Positions 25,450 through 36,900 of a DNA stretch of 64,000 nucleotides are shown here, in pieces; positions within the stretch are counted from its first letter, which is position 1; every line of letters starts with the position of its first letter. The DNA lies in NCBI GenBank assembly GCA_036172245.1, contig JAYWIR010000003.1, forward strand, positions 1,860,001 through 1,924,000, in the 5' to 3' direction. This DNA is from Raillietiella orientalis. Its lineage: Eukaryota. The translations under genes were made by a program, and so were the position numbers. The notes beneath the pieces are model-generated. The model saw only the letters and a program-made list of their open reading frames with translations. It searched no databases and was not told the origin of the DNA.

Positions 25450-25945
25450 CGTCTGGGATGGTGGCAAACCTTCCACCTTCTTCTTACCCGGTCACCGACT
25501 CTCCGTTCGGGCGCTCTGCCACTTCAAATGAGTGTTCGGGAGATTCTCCGCGCCAGCCACCGCATCTGGAGTCGTGCAGTCGCCTCCTCCGCTGCCCCGA
25601 GCGCCGTCCGCCGCCTCGCGGCTCCCCTCCACCTGCAGGCGAACCGCCCGGGCCTCTCGGGGGGCCGCACCCGACACTCCACCTTGGGTGGCTCCTCTTC
25701 TTTCGCCGCCCGCAGTGCCGCACGTGGAGGTCCGCGTCCGTGGGTGGCGGCCGATCCTCTTCGCGATCCCCGTGCTCGCGGTAGCCCTGAAAAGTCCCTA
25801 AGCGTTGGTGGATAGAAGCGGCGGCGGCTGAGGTCGTTGACCTCGACCGCTAGACTGACGAGAACCCAAGTTTCTTCCAGCATTTTCCAGGAGGTTCCCA
25901 GTTTATGCGTGTCCTGGAATCCCCGGAATGGAAAGGAAGAGCGAG
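25450..25945 (-). mobile_element. Probable degenerate LINE ORF2 EN-RT linker fragment
   Basis: GTSWKML and ARLQMRWL/GESPEHSF resemble the L1/Tx1 G.WKLN and RSR..W...GE..T..F motifs. Heavily decayed. Confidence 0.4.
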
Positions 25946-25946
25946 A

Positions 25947-26680
25947 TTTTTCACCTGGATATGCCGGGGCATTTATTATTAAAATTTTTCAATAAAATTT
26001 TATAATAAAGTCTAAAAGTGTTTTTCAGTCAGAACACTGGTTCTGACTGTCTTGGCGCATTTATCCTTACGGGCCCGCAGGCCCGTGAGGTCCTCTTCAC
26101 TGGAGAAGGGGCAGGAATACCAGGAAAAAAAGGAACAAAAACAAAAACACGAGGGAGGCACAGTGTTTTACGGGGAGGGGAGAGAAGGGAAGGGATCACG
26201 GAAGCACAAGGTATGGAGAGTCCCACGGCTCATATCTCGATAAAGTGAGGAGTCTCGTGGTGGACATCCAGCATGCCCCTCCCCCTATAGGACCCACGAA
26301 TATCCGTACGTCCCCTCCAATGAGGAAAAGGGATGAACGTCGACGAGCTCACGCGGCGACCGGATGCAGTTCACGGATGCAGACGACATGGACCGAGGTT
26401 TTTTTGGACGCAATCCCATAATACAGGGATGAAGACGTTTGGGACCATCAGGGGAACTCCCGGATCGCAGGATGCCGGACGTTTCCGTGACAACTAACTC
26501 CAGCCGTGTCGAGAGTCCGCAGATGTCCAATACTCGTGCAAGTGTGTGGTCTCTGTGAGGTCCCTTTACCCAAGGGTGCTTAGCACAAACGGTTTCCCCA
26601 GGAACCGTCACCTTTGTGCATTCGGCCCGGACGGCCTCTCCGCTGACCGAAAACACGGTGGTTTGGCATTCGCTTGGCAT
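25947..26680 (-). mobile_element. Diverged LINE 3' fragment
   Basis: ETTHL...W remnant, pyrimidine-rich 3'UTR, conserved GAGGACCTCACGGGCCTGCG block and terminal AATAAATGCCCCGGCATATCCAGGTGAAAA (25947-25977). Confidence 0.7.
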
Positions 26681-26683
26681 AGT

Positions 26684-26725
26684 ATTTTAAGCATTTCCAT
26701 TATGAATAATGGAAATGCTTAAAAT
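26684..26725. repeat. Perfect 20-bp AT-rich inverted repeat (2-nt spacer)
   Basis: ATTTTAAGCATTTCCATTAT-GA-ATAATGGAAATGCTTAAAAT. Confidence 0.95.
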
Positions 26726-26955
26726 GCACAGAAAGCACACAAAAAAGGAACGATTCGGGAGGCACTCTGTGGAAGTGTTGGGCGCAGCTTGCGAGCTACC
26801 ACGAGACTGGAGCGTTCGCTTGTTTTACCATGAGAGTGGGGTGTCGAGTTCCGAGCATGAGCCGAGTGTCGAAACATTTTTGTTTCTCATCAAAATGAGA
26901 CGAGTACTGAGTTCGACGAGTTCCGAAACTCTCGAGTACCGAGGCACCACTGTAG

Positions 26956-27595
26956 TTGGTTCGCCAAGTGACGAAGGACCGATCGCCTCCTCAGGGGGCG
27001 CTTCATGGAGCTCTTCCGCACTGCCCATGCCACCCGAGGGTGCATGTGACCCTTCAAGTTATAAGGGAATACCCTATGAATCCATGAAGGCTCCGGAGGG
27101 AAGGAGTCCGTTCCTTTTACTCCTAAGAGGGAACCCTCCGTCCTGGTTGTCTCCGAAGGGAATCAATTCCTTCTTCTCTCCGGAGGGACCCTCCAGAAGA
27201 TGTCACTCCTCATTTCTTCTCCGGAAGGAACGCTCTCAAATTTCTCTGGAGACAGCTCCCCTAAGGGAGCAGCGCGCTTCTTACACTCTGGAGAGGCAGC
27301 CCCCTCTAGAAAGGTGCCCTAACCACTTCCATGGAACGGCTCCATTTTCACAACTGGAGGGGGTGTCCCGGAAGGACACCGGAGGATCAGCTTCCAATCC
27401 CAGCCAGTCAACTGGGACATCCGGCTTTTACCAGTGCTTCCCCCGAAGCCTACAGGCCAGCCAGCGTCATCCTGAGGAGTTGGGACCCGAAACCCACGAC
27501 GCATCCCCCCATTTTCTCGACTTCGATCCTTGCCCTGGTGGGATCCGAACCCGCAACGCTCGGTACCACACGCGTTGCCACACGGCCGCCGACGC
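26956..27595 (-). mobile_element. tRNA-headed SINE-like element, most complete copy (~640 nt)
   Basis: Head GGCGGCCGTGTGGC...GCGGGTTCGGATCCC (B-box, 27540-27552). Body shared with other copies (GATGACGCTGG, CTGACTGG, CCAGAGTGT..AAGCGCGCTGCTCCC). Tail ..CCTGAGGAG..CACTTGGCGAACCAA. Confidence 0.75.
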
Positions 27596-28649
27596 GTGCG
27601 TGCAGCTACAACTACAATTAGTTGGCTGCTCAGCCGAGAGCTGTCGCCACCGACGACGCACTTCGCGTTCCGAACGTGCGTGCCCTCGAGAACTCTTGCC
27701 AGATTTGCATCTTTCTGGGAGCCTAAATAGAGAGTATCGATCATCATTAGAAAAAAAAAAAAAATCAGTGAAACCATCAATTACCCGCTAATCCTGTCGG
27801 CTCGGTAAGAAATTGAATTTTGGAATCTCGTCAGGATGTCGGAAAATATGCGGAATCTTGGCTTCCAGGAATCCGGGGTTTGCCGAGGACGGTCCATGCG
27901 ATTTCCCCTTCCCCGAACAGGTCCCTGATTGCGAAGAAGGGGAGGCCAGCAATTTTCGGCTTGAGATGGCGAAGATCTGCTCTTTATGCAGAGGCGCGGA
28001 ACTGCTCCCTGATACTTGGCAAACCCGGAATCCCTTCCGCTACGCACCTGGAGCAACGCGGAAATCTTGTTTTTCCCGAAGGGAGCACTCGGCCTTCTGA
28101 AGTCCTTCCGTTGCCTGGATTTCGCCCTACCACGTAAGAACTGCACCTCGTCCAAATATCCGAAAAGAATAGAAGAATAGGAAGAAAAAACGGGGATTAC
28201 CTTAGGCGGTTTGGACTTTTCTACTCGCATAACAGAGTTGTGGGAACACAAGAAACTCCTTCACCTTTTCTTGTGAAGTGGTTCGAAACAAAAAAAAAAA
28301 AGGGTAAAGCTCCCCGATTCATCCGCAACTTTCCTCCCTGCAAACTGCTTCTATAGTCTTTGTCGAAGAATCGAAGGCGCGACTTGGGAGAGAGGGAACA
28401 TCACTTTGAAAGGGCACGCCCTTCGGCTGCCAATCTGGACAAACGCGGAGTTACCAACATGCGGGAGGACAAGGACTGTTTTCCGGTTGCGGCAGCTAAG
28501 GCTGTCGGAAGAAGAAAGGCGGCACCTCGGCGCTTCGGCAGTCGGGTGTGGCTGAGGTCTCAAGGGAAGAGACCTGCGTTCGGGGGGTTGCCTCCCCAGA
28601 GTGTCAAGAAGCGCGCTGCTCCCTTCGGGGATCGCCTCGCGATGATCCG

Positions 28650-29133
28650 GTGGACTGCTCCAGGGGGGCATTTTCAGACGACTCTTTGCGCGTGGTGCCG
28701 CACTGCCGCCACCAGCCGCGTCCCTTGCAGCTCCCTGCTGTGTTCGCGTGATCACAGCGTCCCGGAACGCCAGAAGGAGAGACCAAAACGGCAGGGATGC
28801 CATCCACTAGGCGCGGATCTTCCTGAGGTACCTCGAGATAGCCCCACCTGGGCGCTATACGAACAGAACTTGCCACTATCCTGGACAGGATGCAGAGCAC
28901 GTCTGGCGGCGTGCTGTGACCCTCTCCCCATGTGCATTACTCCCTCCTCCCACCCCCTCCCGGTTCTGTGTGTTTTTGCTCCTTCTCCCCCCATGCTGCC
29001 GAGGCGGACCTCGACGGTCTGCGCACCGCTCTTTGGCAGGTTCGTTGCACGCGGTATAACCAAGGGTTCCACCATACCAATGCATTTTATTGCTTTATGT
29101 AAGCCGGTATGCCGTGGCATAACCGGGTGACAA
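28650..29133 (+). mobile_element. Short LINE 3' fragment, directly preceded by a SINE body fragment
   Basis: IFRRLFARGA..AASLAAPCCVRVITA..GRDAIH*ARIFLR, then 3'UTR block GCCGAGGCGGACCTCGACGGTCTGCG and terminal GCCGTGGCATAACCGGGTGACAA. Confidence 0.8.
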
Positions 29134-30205
29134 TCGTCCTGAGTGCTGCGAAGAGTCGAGTGTTCATCTCAAGCATCAGCAGGGCGCTGCAGAGTGACCA
29201 CTGGTGGTCACTGTTTTTGCTAAGCATCACCGCACTCACGCGGTGTTCCACAAACGAGTCGCAGCCAATCAGCGCGAAGCAGGAAAAAAAGGCGCCTGCG
29301 TAAGTTGCGAGATGCTAGGTCAGCAGATCCGACCTGCTGGAGGAAAGGTGCTTCGTCTGAACTGGTGGGCACCGCTTGGGGAAGAAGCTCTTGTCCTCTG
29401 CGATGCAATGGGGAAGGCCGATCTGCGCTGGTGGCAGTCGTTTGGCGGAAACTGAGGAGTGCTGGGGACATCCAATAAAAAGTGAGAGCGGAAGAAACGG
29501 GGAAGCTGCGACGCGTGCCGTGTTGATCTTATTGGTGGCTCTTTGTGCATCCCGGATGGCGTTTGATAGCAACGGCGGAGGAATAGCAGTGCTCCTTCCG
29601 TTCCCGCGGGCACAGTCGAGGGCGTCAGAGTTTTGGGGCGCCTTTCGGTCCATCGCGAGCGTGGAACGAGAATGCAGGATTCGATCGAGTCTCCGGACTC
29701 AGCTGACGGGTTGCTCGTTGCCGAGCTGCAGCAGCGTACATCCGAGGACTCCGGTGGGGCCGTCCGAGGGTGTCGAACGCTCCAGACTCGGTGTTCGGAA
29801 TTCATTGATGGATGAATCGGGATCCTTCGTGGGTTTCCCGGGATGTGCGCGCGCGCGCGCCCTGTGGCGCAGATTTGCGATCCTCTTCTCCCAGCTGTGG
29901 CCGGACGGCTTGACTGACGCTGCCGGCGTAGTGAACATGCGTATGGAAAGGAAGGCAGGTCGCATCTCTTCACGGTCTGCATCTGTCCTCATCCATCCAC
30001 AGCTGCCTGCCAGCTCCCAGTGTGGGTCGATGTGGGATTTAGAGGACGAGCAGGCAAAATGGCTTCCTGTTCGATGAAGGGCATGTTCCAAAGAGGATGA
30101 ACTTTTTTTTTCTTTTTTTGAAAAAAAGAGAGGCCAGTAGCGACCTCACGGGGTGAACGTTACTATGGAAATGAGGTTCTCCTGTTTCGCTGCTTTCCTT
30201 CCAGA

Positions 30206-30766
30206 TTTTTTTTTTTTTTTGGCTAGCCAATTGCCGAAGGACTGTTAGCATCCCCAGGAGGCGCTCACAAAGCTCTCTAACGCTGTCCACGCCACCCGGG
30301 GGTGCGTGTTAGCTCTTCCAGTTATAGGAGCAACCCGTACGGACCAGCCTATGCATTCAGGAAGGCTCCGGAAGAAGGAGTCCGTCCCTCTGAAGCTTGG
30401 TAAGGGAACCCCGAAGGGAACCACTTCCGATTTGTGGGGACCACTCCTGGAATTTCTTATCCAGAGGGAACCCTCTCCCGTTGTGACTCTTCTGAAGAGA
30501 GAACCCCTAATGGACGCTTCCCAAGTTTCTCTGAAGGACTCTCCCCGAAGGGAGCAGCGCGCGTCCTCACACTCTGGAGAGGCATCAACCAGCTCCATGG
30601 AACGCGACCGAGGGTTTCCACCGGGGGAAGAACAGCTTCATTTTCAAAACGGGAAGGGAATCCCACGAATAACCGGTTTCTCGATTCCCGGAAGGACTCA
30701 TGAGGGTCAACTTCTGATCCCGGCCAGTCAACGGGGGCATCCAGGCGTTTCCGGCTTCCACCAGTG
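30206..30766 (-). mobile_element. SINE-like element, headless copy with poly(A) tail
   Basis: Body homologous to the other copies. 15-nt T run at 30206-30220 corresponds to a poly(A) tail on the minus strand. The 5' part is replaced by the LINE starting at 30767. Confidence 0.75.
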
Positions 30767-32873
30767 CAGCACAAGGCGTTCGACTGCGTCGACCAGGAGC
30801 ATCTTCTGTAGATGCTGGGACGCTTGGGCTTCCCGGCCGCACTGTCGGCCTATCTGCGCTCCAGCTGGTGCTACGCTCTCATCAGCATCTCTTTCAGCGG
30901 GCAGGAGGTGTACCCGCGTGCCGGTGTGACGCGAGATACGGCAGGGCGACAGTGTGAGCCCCTTTCTCTTTAGCACCTATTTCGAAGTGGTGCTGAGAGC
31001 ATGCATGCATGGAGACTCTGGCTCTCCAGCCGCGTGTATGTTCCGGTACGCCTGCCGTCTCAGCATACGCGGACGATCTTCTGCTGTTGATCACCAGTCC
31101 ACCCTGGCATCAGCTCTTGAAGGTTTTTTCGAGTTGCTCAGCCCCGGGACAGGCATGGCAGTGAACAAGGCGAAGCCGTCTGTAGTTCCAGTTGGTGCGT
31201 CGTGGGCAGGGCGACCGGACCGGATCCCCAGGGGCCGGTGCTTAAAGTACCTGAGCGTTCCGTTGGGGGACTTCTGCTCCGTAGGAGCCTGCACCGTCTT
31301 CAGGAAGCACTGCAGGCGCTCACCCTGTTCCAAAGAGGCAGGTTTCACCTGCCGGTGCGGGCCGCGGCGTGGAGCGCATTTGTGACCTCCCTCCTCCACC
31401 CCTTGCTCTTTGTTTGCCCCCTCGCCATGCAGCATTAGCAAGTGGACGAAGGATCACCTCCTGATCTCCCTCTGGGGCAAAAAAAAGTCCCGAGTCCACC
31501 TGAAGGACTTGTGTGCTCCGCGCCGGGACGGCGGCCTAGGCCTCCTCCTGACGCTGGAGCGAATGGAGCTGCAGCCCCAGTTTCAAACACTTTACCTCGC
31601 GACAAACCTCTGGAGCACCACCTGCTGCCAACCTGAACTTCTTGTCCAGCAAGCCACCGGTAGCATGGAACTCGCGTCCTTCCTTGCGCGCGGTCCATGC
31701 AGCCTCATCCACGGCGGACAGCACCTTCGGCAGGTGCCCACGCTGGCGAGGAAAAGCGGATGGATCTCGTGCCGCCCCCTAGACGGAAGTGCCTGTAAAC
31801 CGTGCTCACGTGGGCGGGGACCCAGGAGACAAGCGCGAAACAGGTGCGACATTCCCTGTACGGGCCCTACATCAACTGCACTCTCCGGGAGATCCTTGAA
31901 GATCCAGGGAAGAGTGCGAACCTCCCTCGCTACCACTCTGCCCTCCCTGAGGGAACACATGGGCAGAAGCCTTATAGCTAGACGGAAGGTTACTGTGGAA
32001 ATCTCCGGAAGGAGAAAAGGACTGGGTGAGTGAGTAGACGACGGATCAGCCCACCGACGCTGCGACCCCAATTACTCGACCTCGCGGTACTTTTGCACTG
32101 GGGCGTGCTACTGGGTATTCCGGAGAAAGACCTACAGTGGCCCCCGGTGCTCATGAATACCTGCATCCTCCCCTTAAAGTGGCAGGAGCTGGCGCTGCTG
32201 CTGTTGCTGCACTGGGGTCTCCCGTGCATCGCCCTCAGGCATCATTGGACAGGGGGGAAGGGGCTGTACCCAAACTGTGCAAAGTGAGGGGAGAGAGAAT
32301 CCCTCCAGCACCTCGTAGTGGACTACGCTGCCCTTCGGTCCCTTTCGGGACGCGTTGTCGCGTCCCTGCGCATCCCCGGTGGCAACGCCAGAGACGTTTA
32401 AAAGCTCCTCTTCTTGCGCGACACCCTCACGCCGGCCGCATCCCCAGCAGCACTTTGCTGCCCACGCGACGGTATGGAGCAGTGGCTGTATGGAGCAGCG
32501 TCAGAGGAGGCCAGGACGACAGGGACGCCATCTACTTTGCTGTCCTCTTCATGAGGACAGCGTCAAGATGGCTCCATCTGGGAGTCTTGAAATACGAACT
32601 TGCAAGCATCCTTACAAGGATTCAGAGGACACCTTCCAGCACACAGCGATCCCTTCCTGAGCGCCCCCATTTTTTGACTGTATGCCTTTGTGTTAGTTTT
32701 TTTTCTTTTGTTTGTCTCCCCTTCTCCTGTGCTGCCGAGGCGAACCCCGCTGGCCTGCGTGCCAGTTGCCGAGAGGTTCCTTCTCGTAGTTACAAGTAAC
32801 GTGGCAGGATCAAACGTCCTGACACAGACGGTTATTTTTTATAGATAAACGCCCCGGCGTGACCGGTTGTCAA
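30767..32873 (+). mobile_element. 5'-truncated degenerate L1/Tx1-like non-LTR retrotransposon (RT to 3' end)
   Basis: Ordered RT motifs QHKAFDCVD (30767), IRQGDSVSPFLF, AYADDLLL (YADD 31066-31077), TGMAVNKAK, LKYLSVP, LCAPRRDGGLG. Then the zf-RVT-like region LPLKWQELALLLLLHWGLPC..HHW..NCAK..E.LQHL, a T-rich 3'UTR and the terminal hairpin motif. Many stops and frameshifts. Confidence 0.92.
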
Positions 32874-32969
32874 CCAGTGCCGCACCTGAATAGTGCAACC
32901 GGCGTCATCATGCGGGAGGAGGGACTCGAAACCCATCGCGCAGACCCGATTTCTAGGTGTCGATCCTTT

Positions 32970-33883
32970 ATTTTTACCCGGTCACGCCGAGCGTTTATTA
33001 TATTAGAAAAACAAAGGGTTGCATAAAATATGAAGAATGTCTTCCCTTGTGATGGCTTTCCATGACTACTACGAAGAGAAATGCCTCGGAGGCGCTGCCT
33101 CTCGTGAGCAGTACCTCCTATGCGGTCCGCACAGGAGAAGTGGGGGGAGGGATAAACAAACAGAAAATGCTCACGCGCACTCACACAAATCCTGTCTTTA
33201 AATGTGTTGGGGAGGGCAGTGGAGGCATCACAGTTTTGCTTCTGGAGTCTTCAGCATCCTCTGGAGGATGGGAGCAAATTCCTCCTCCTGCTGGCACAAA
33301 TGTGGCCATTTTGTTTCTTTCCTCGTGGAGGAGCAGACGATTGCTGTGACCTCATCATTCGACTGACTCTTTCGGCGCAGCTCCTTCACGCCTCCGCGAT
33401 CCCAGGAAGGCAGCACGGAGCTCCGTTGCAGGAGACGTCGAGATTGCTGCTGGGGATGGGCGAAGAGGCACCGCAAGACCTCTCTGCCGTTGCCCACCGG
33501 GAGTGGGAGTGTCGCAGCGAAGCTTTTCCAGACACTCAGGAGGGCAGCACAATCTTGCAACAGGTGTAGGAAGGTTTCCCGTTCCCCGCACCAGCCACAG
33601 TCCAGGGCCACACTCCCCCTCGTCCAGCAGTGGACTTGTGTCTTGCACGGGCTCGCCCAGTGCAACAACTGCAATGCCGAGTCCTTGCACTCCGGGGTAA
33701 GCGTGAAGCTGTCCACAAACACTGAGGGTATCTCTGCCTCTTCAGGAGAAATATCCAGCAGTTTCACTCAACGACGAATTCCTCTGGAGAGGGCAGCAGG
33801 GTCAGCCAGTCAACCCGCTCCTTCCAGCATCTCAGCTGCTTCTTTTTTCCCGTGATCTCGCAGGAAACTTCCCATCTCGCAAG
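32970..33883 (-). mobile_element. LINE 3' fragment with intact zf-RVT zinc finger
   Basis: ARWEVSCEITG...KDSALQLLHWASPCKTQVHCWTRGSVALDCGWCGERETFLHLLQDCAALLSVW..LPVGNGREVLRCLF. Terminal AATAAACGCTCGGCGTGACCGGGTAAAAA at 32971-32999. Confidence 0.9.
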
Positions 33884-33995
33884 GACCATCGCCCCATGCC
33901 CACTTTGCATCGATTCTTTGTGGGTATTCGAACCCTCAATGCTTGGTGCCACTCTCGAGGACCGCAGCCACACGTGTGGCCTACGGTCCTCGCGG
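33884..33995 (-). mobile_element. SINE tRNA-like head fused to a LINE 3' fragment
   Basis: GTGTGGCTGCGGTCCTCGAGAGTGGCACCAAGCATTGAGGGTTCGAATACCC matches the other heads and abuts LINE coding sequence on the same strand. Confidence 0.65.
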
Positions 33996-36900
33996 TACCA
34001 AGCGTTGCTGATGAGTCAGGATGGAATGCGCTTCCCATGAGATCCGAGTTCAAATTGGCAATAAAAATGAAAAAATAAAAAATGGGGACATCTGAAACGG
34101 TGTTGGAGCTTCGCGTCAGGGGGGTCTAAAAAGAACACGAGGCAACACAATTGCGTCCATGACCTGAGGGGAAAAAAACTCGTGTGAATGTAGGGTGCCT
34201 GTGAAGATTCTTTGTGTGCGGTCTCGTGTCCTCGAAACTCGGGATGGTATCCCGGCTTTCGAGCGCACACCTTCACTGGTTCATCCGAATTCTTGGTATT
34301 TCAGGTTACGACAGTGTGCCGTGTGGTTCACGCGGAGAAACGCGTTCGCGGAGGCAAACGTGGTACCAACCTCCTCCTAAAAGTTGCATTCCTCTCTCAC
34401 ACATGCTGACTGGAAGATGCAAAGCTCCGGTGAAAATCAAACTAAGGAAACGCAATCAGTTGCCCAGTCGAAAGGTGAACTTCAGAACATCTCCGAAAAA
34501 GATTCGGTTCGTGTTGATCTCCAGCTTCCGCGGTGTTCTGTCAGGGAGATGTGATGTGCGACATGCCCGGCATGAAGCGAACCCCCCCTACCCCCATTCT
34601 CCGCGGAACTGTTCCGAATGCGGAGAGAGGGTTGCGCTGCCAGCTTGAGGAGTCGCGACCCAGGCCTTCCCAACTGGTTTCCTCTGGAGCGAAGAGGGGT
34701 CTGACCTCCACGGAAGGGGAAAGGAACGAAAGGTTTTTTTTCCCGAAAGCGGCACATGCGCGGGCTGCCTTCGGACAGAGCTGCAGGCGTCGCCTCTGAG
34801 CTGAGGCCGTCCGGGGGCGAAGGGATACCCCGCCACGCACCCATAGCGCCGACCAACTCGGATCTTTAGGCGATGCAGGGAGCACCCGCTTGCTCCCCCA
34901 CTCTAGAGTGGGTCTTCTCTCAAGATGCCGACCTCGACATCAGCACACTCTTGCCGGAGCTTTCGGAGCCTGCAGGACCGGTGGAAGCCAAAGGCGGCCA
35001 CGGTTTCGCCGATAATAAGAGGGCGATGCAGGGAATCTCTGATCGGACTGCGCTTCCCGGACAGCAGGACCGCCTCGCGCGCTCCTCCAATGTGCTCCAC
35101 TGCTCGAGGCGGGACGTCCCACTTCTCGTGGACCCCCGGGAAAATACCCATCCCATCCACCCGCGAAAGCTGGAACCACAAGGCGCAAGCTGCCAGTTTA
35201 CAAACTCCACGGGTGCACCTGAAATTGTGTGTGTGTGTTTTTTTATTGTCCACCTTATCCCCTCCACCCTCCCGAGCCAATCAAAAGGTCTGTTTTCTGC
35301 CGCTAAGGTGTTGGAAATAGATCGATATCAATTCATCTTCATTGCAAGCCTTGCTACCAGACAGGAGTCCGATTCATAAGGACTTCCTGGTGTCTCAGTC
35401 GTTGCAGGTCAACTCCGACCCGCAAGTTCAAAAGACCCACTCAGAGCGAAGAAACCAACTCGTTTTCTTTCACGGCTCAGAGTTCTCCACGTGGTGACAT
35501 CCTGCGGACGTTTTCAAAACCCTCGGTCGGAGTGATTGCTGTCCAATCTGATTTTCGGCTCGATTCCGTTACTGGCGATTCTTGAACCTCCGAGTTTCGG
35601 TTGAGGATTTGCTGCGAAACCACCTTCAGGGCGCAGGGAGAGCCCGTGTCCCGCTTCAGCTCATGCAGTCGAAATGGCCAGCAGAGCAAGAGTTTCCCGG
35701 CTGAAGGTCTGATCCGATGGACCGAAGGTCGGCTTTATGGCTCCGGTGACATGCTGGATGAGTGATTCCTCTTCTTTCCGAGTCATCGCCGAGGGCTTAA
35801 TCTGACGCACGACGAGCTTGCCGAGCTGCTTGCAGGTCGAGCAAACATGATTTCCACACCCATCATCAACTCGCACTCGATGATTCATTGTAGGAGGAAA
35901 CAGACGCCTGCATCCTCACAGCGCGCGACGCAGGCCCCATCTGTCACAAGACTGGGATGCTACAGGAAGTGTAGTGTTTACATAAGACCAGTGCAAGGGA
36001 GAGAACGTTCTCTTGGACTAGGGAAGTCACAAGTGTTTTCCCGTCGGGCTGACGGGAGAGTTGAGTGCGCCTGGTGGAGAGCCCACCCGCCCCAGCTCAG
36101 AGCGTTTCGACCGTGGCCGCGGAGTGCTGTTTCGATGTGAGATCCAATATGCAGTAGTACAGTAGTAGGAGAGCGTGCAACACAACTGCCCAGGAGATAG
36201 CTCGGGGGGGGGGATACTGGTCACTTGTTGACTGCCTGCCTTTTAATACACTCCCAGTCACGAGACGGGACACGCCATGCGTACACATGGCGGTTTCGAT
36301 GTGTGTGCTCTCCCTTTCAGTCCGCGGAGGCATCTGGAGATGGCTGTCCACCATCGTTCGGAAGCCGGCGTCAATACACCTCCGGAATCGCAAGCTGGAC
36401 GCGCAGGGAGACGAAGTCCAGAACACACCCGAGAGGTCGAGAACACCTTCTTCGCAAAAAATAATCGCCCCGCGTTCCTGGTCTGCTGCTCTCTCGAGAG
36501 AGAGTGTCCTCTTCGCCTTCTGCTCCAGATGGTGATCAGAAAAAGAAGATGATTGCCGTGAAAATCGAAGAAAACGATTCCGCAAGTTTGGGAGGAATAG
36601 GGAATTCGTTTCCCCGTTTCCCTCGAAACCTTGCCCTACCTCTCAGCATAGCAGTGCTGAACGCATGTACCATCCAAGGCGAAGGTGGTAAACCTGTTCC
36701 TTTTTTCAGCGATGGGGAGGCAAACAGGTCCATCGCATGCTCACTTTCGGAAGTCCGATGCATCCGCTCATCTATCGTGTCTTTGTCTCTTTCCATTTGG
36801 CATCCGAATGTAGCACTACGTAGAAGGGGAAATCCCTCGGGTACACCTGTCACCTCTCTTGCACCTCTCTTTTTCACCTTGCTAACAAAAGAAGTTTGAC

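Noticed and set aside
17842..33995. GGTTCGAATCCC-like motifs as tRNA genes
   Set aside because: No complete cloverleaf or acceptor stem, and each continues into the same repeat body, so they are treated as SINE heads.
34480..34980. Further very old zf-RVT-like remnants (NCSECGER; also KICSLCRG at ~27970)
   Set aside because: Single CxxC motifs with weak context. Plausible but too decayed to call.
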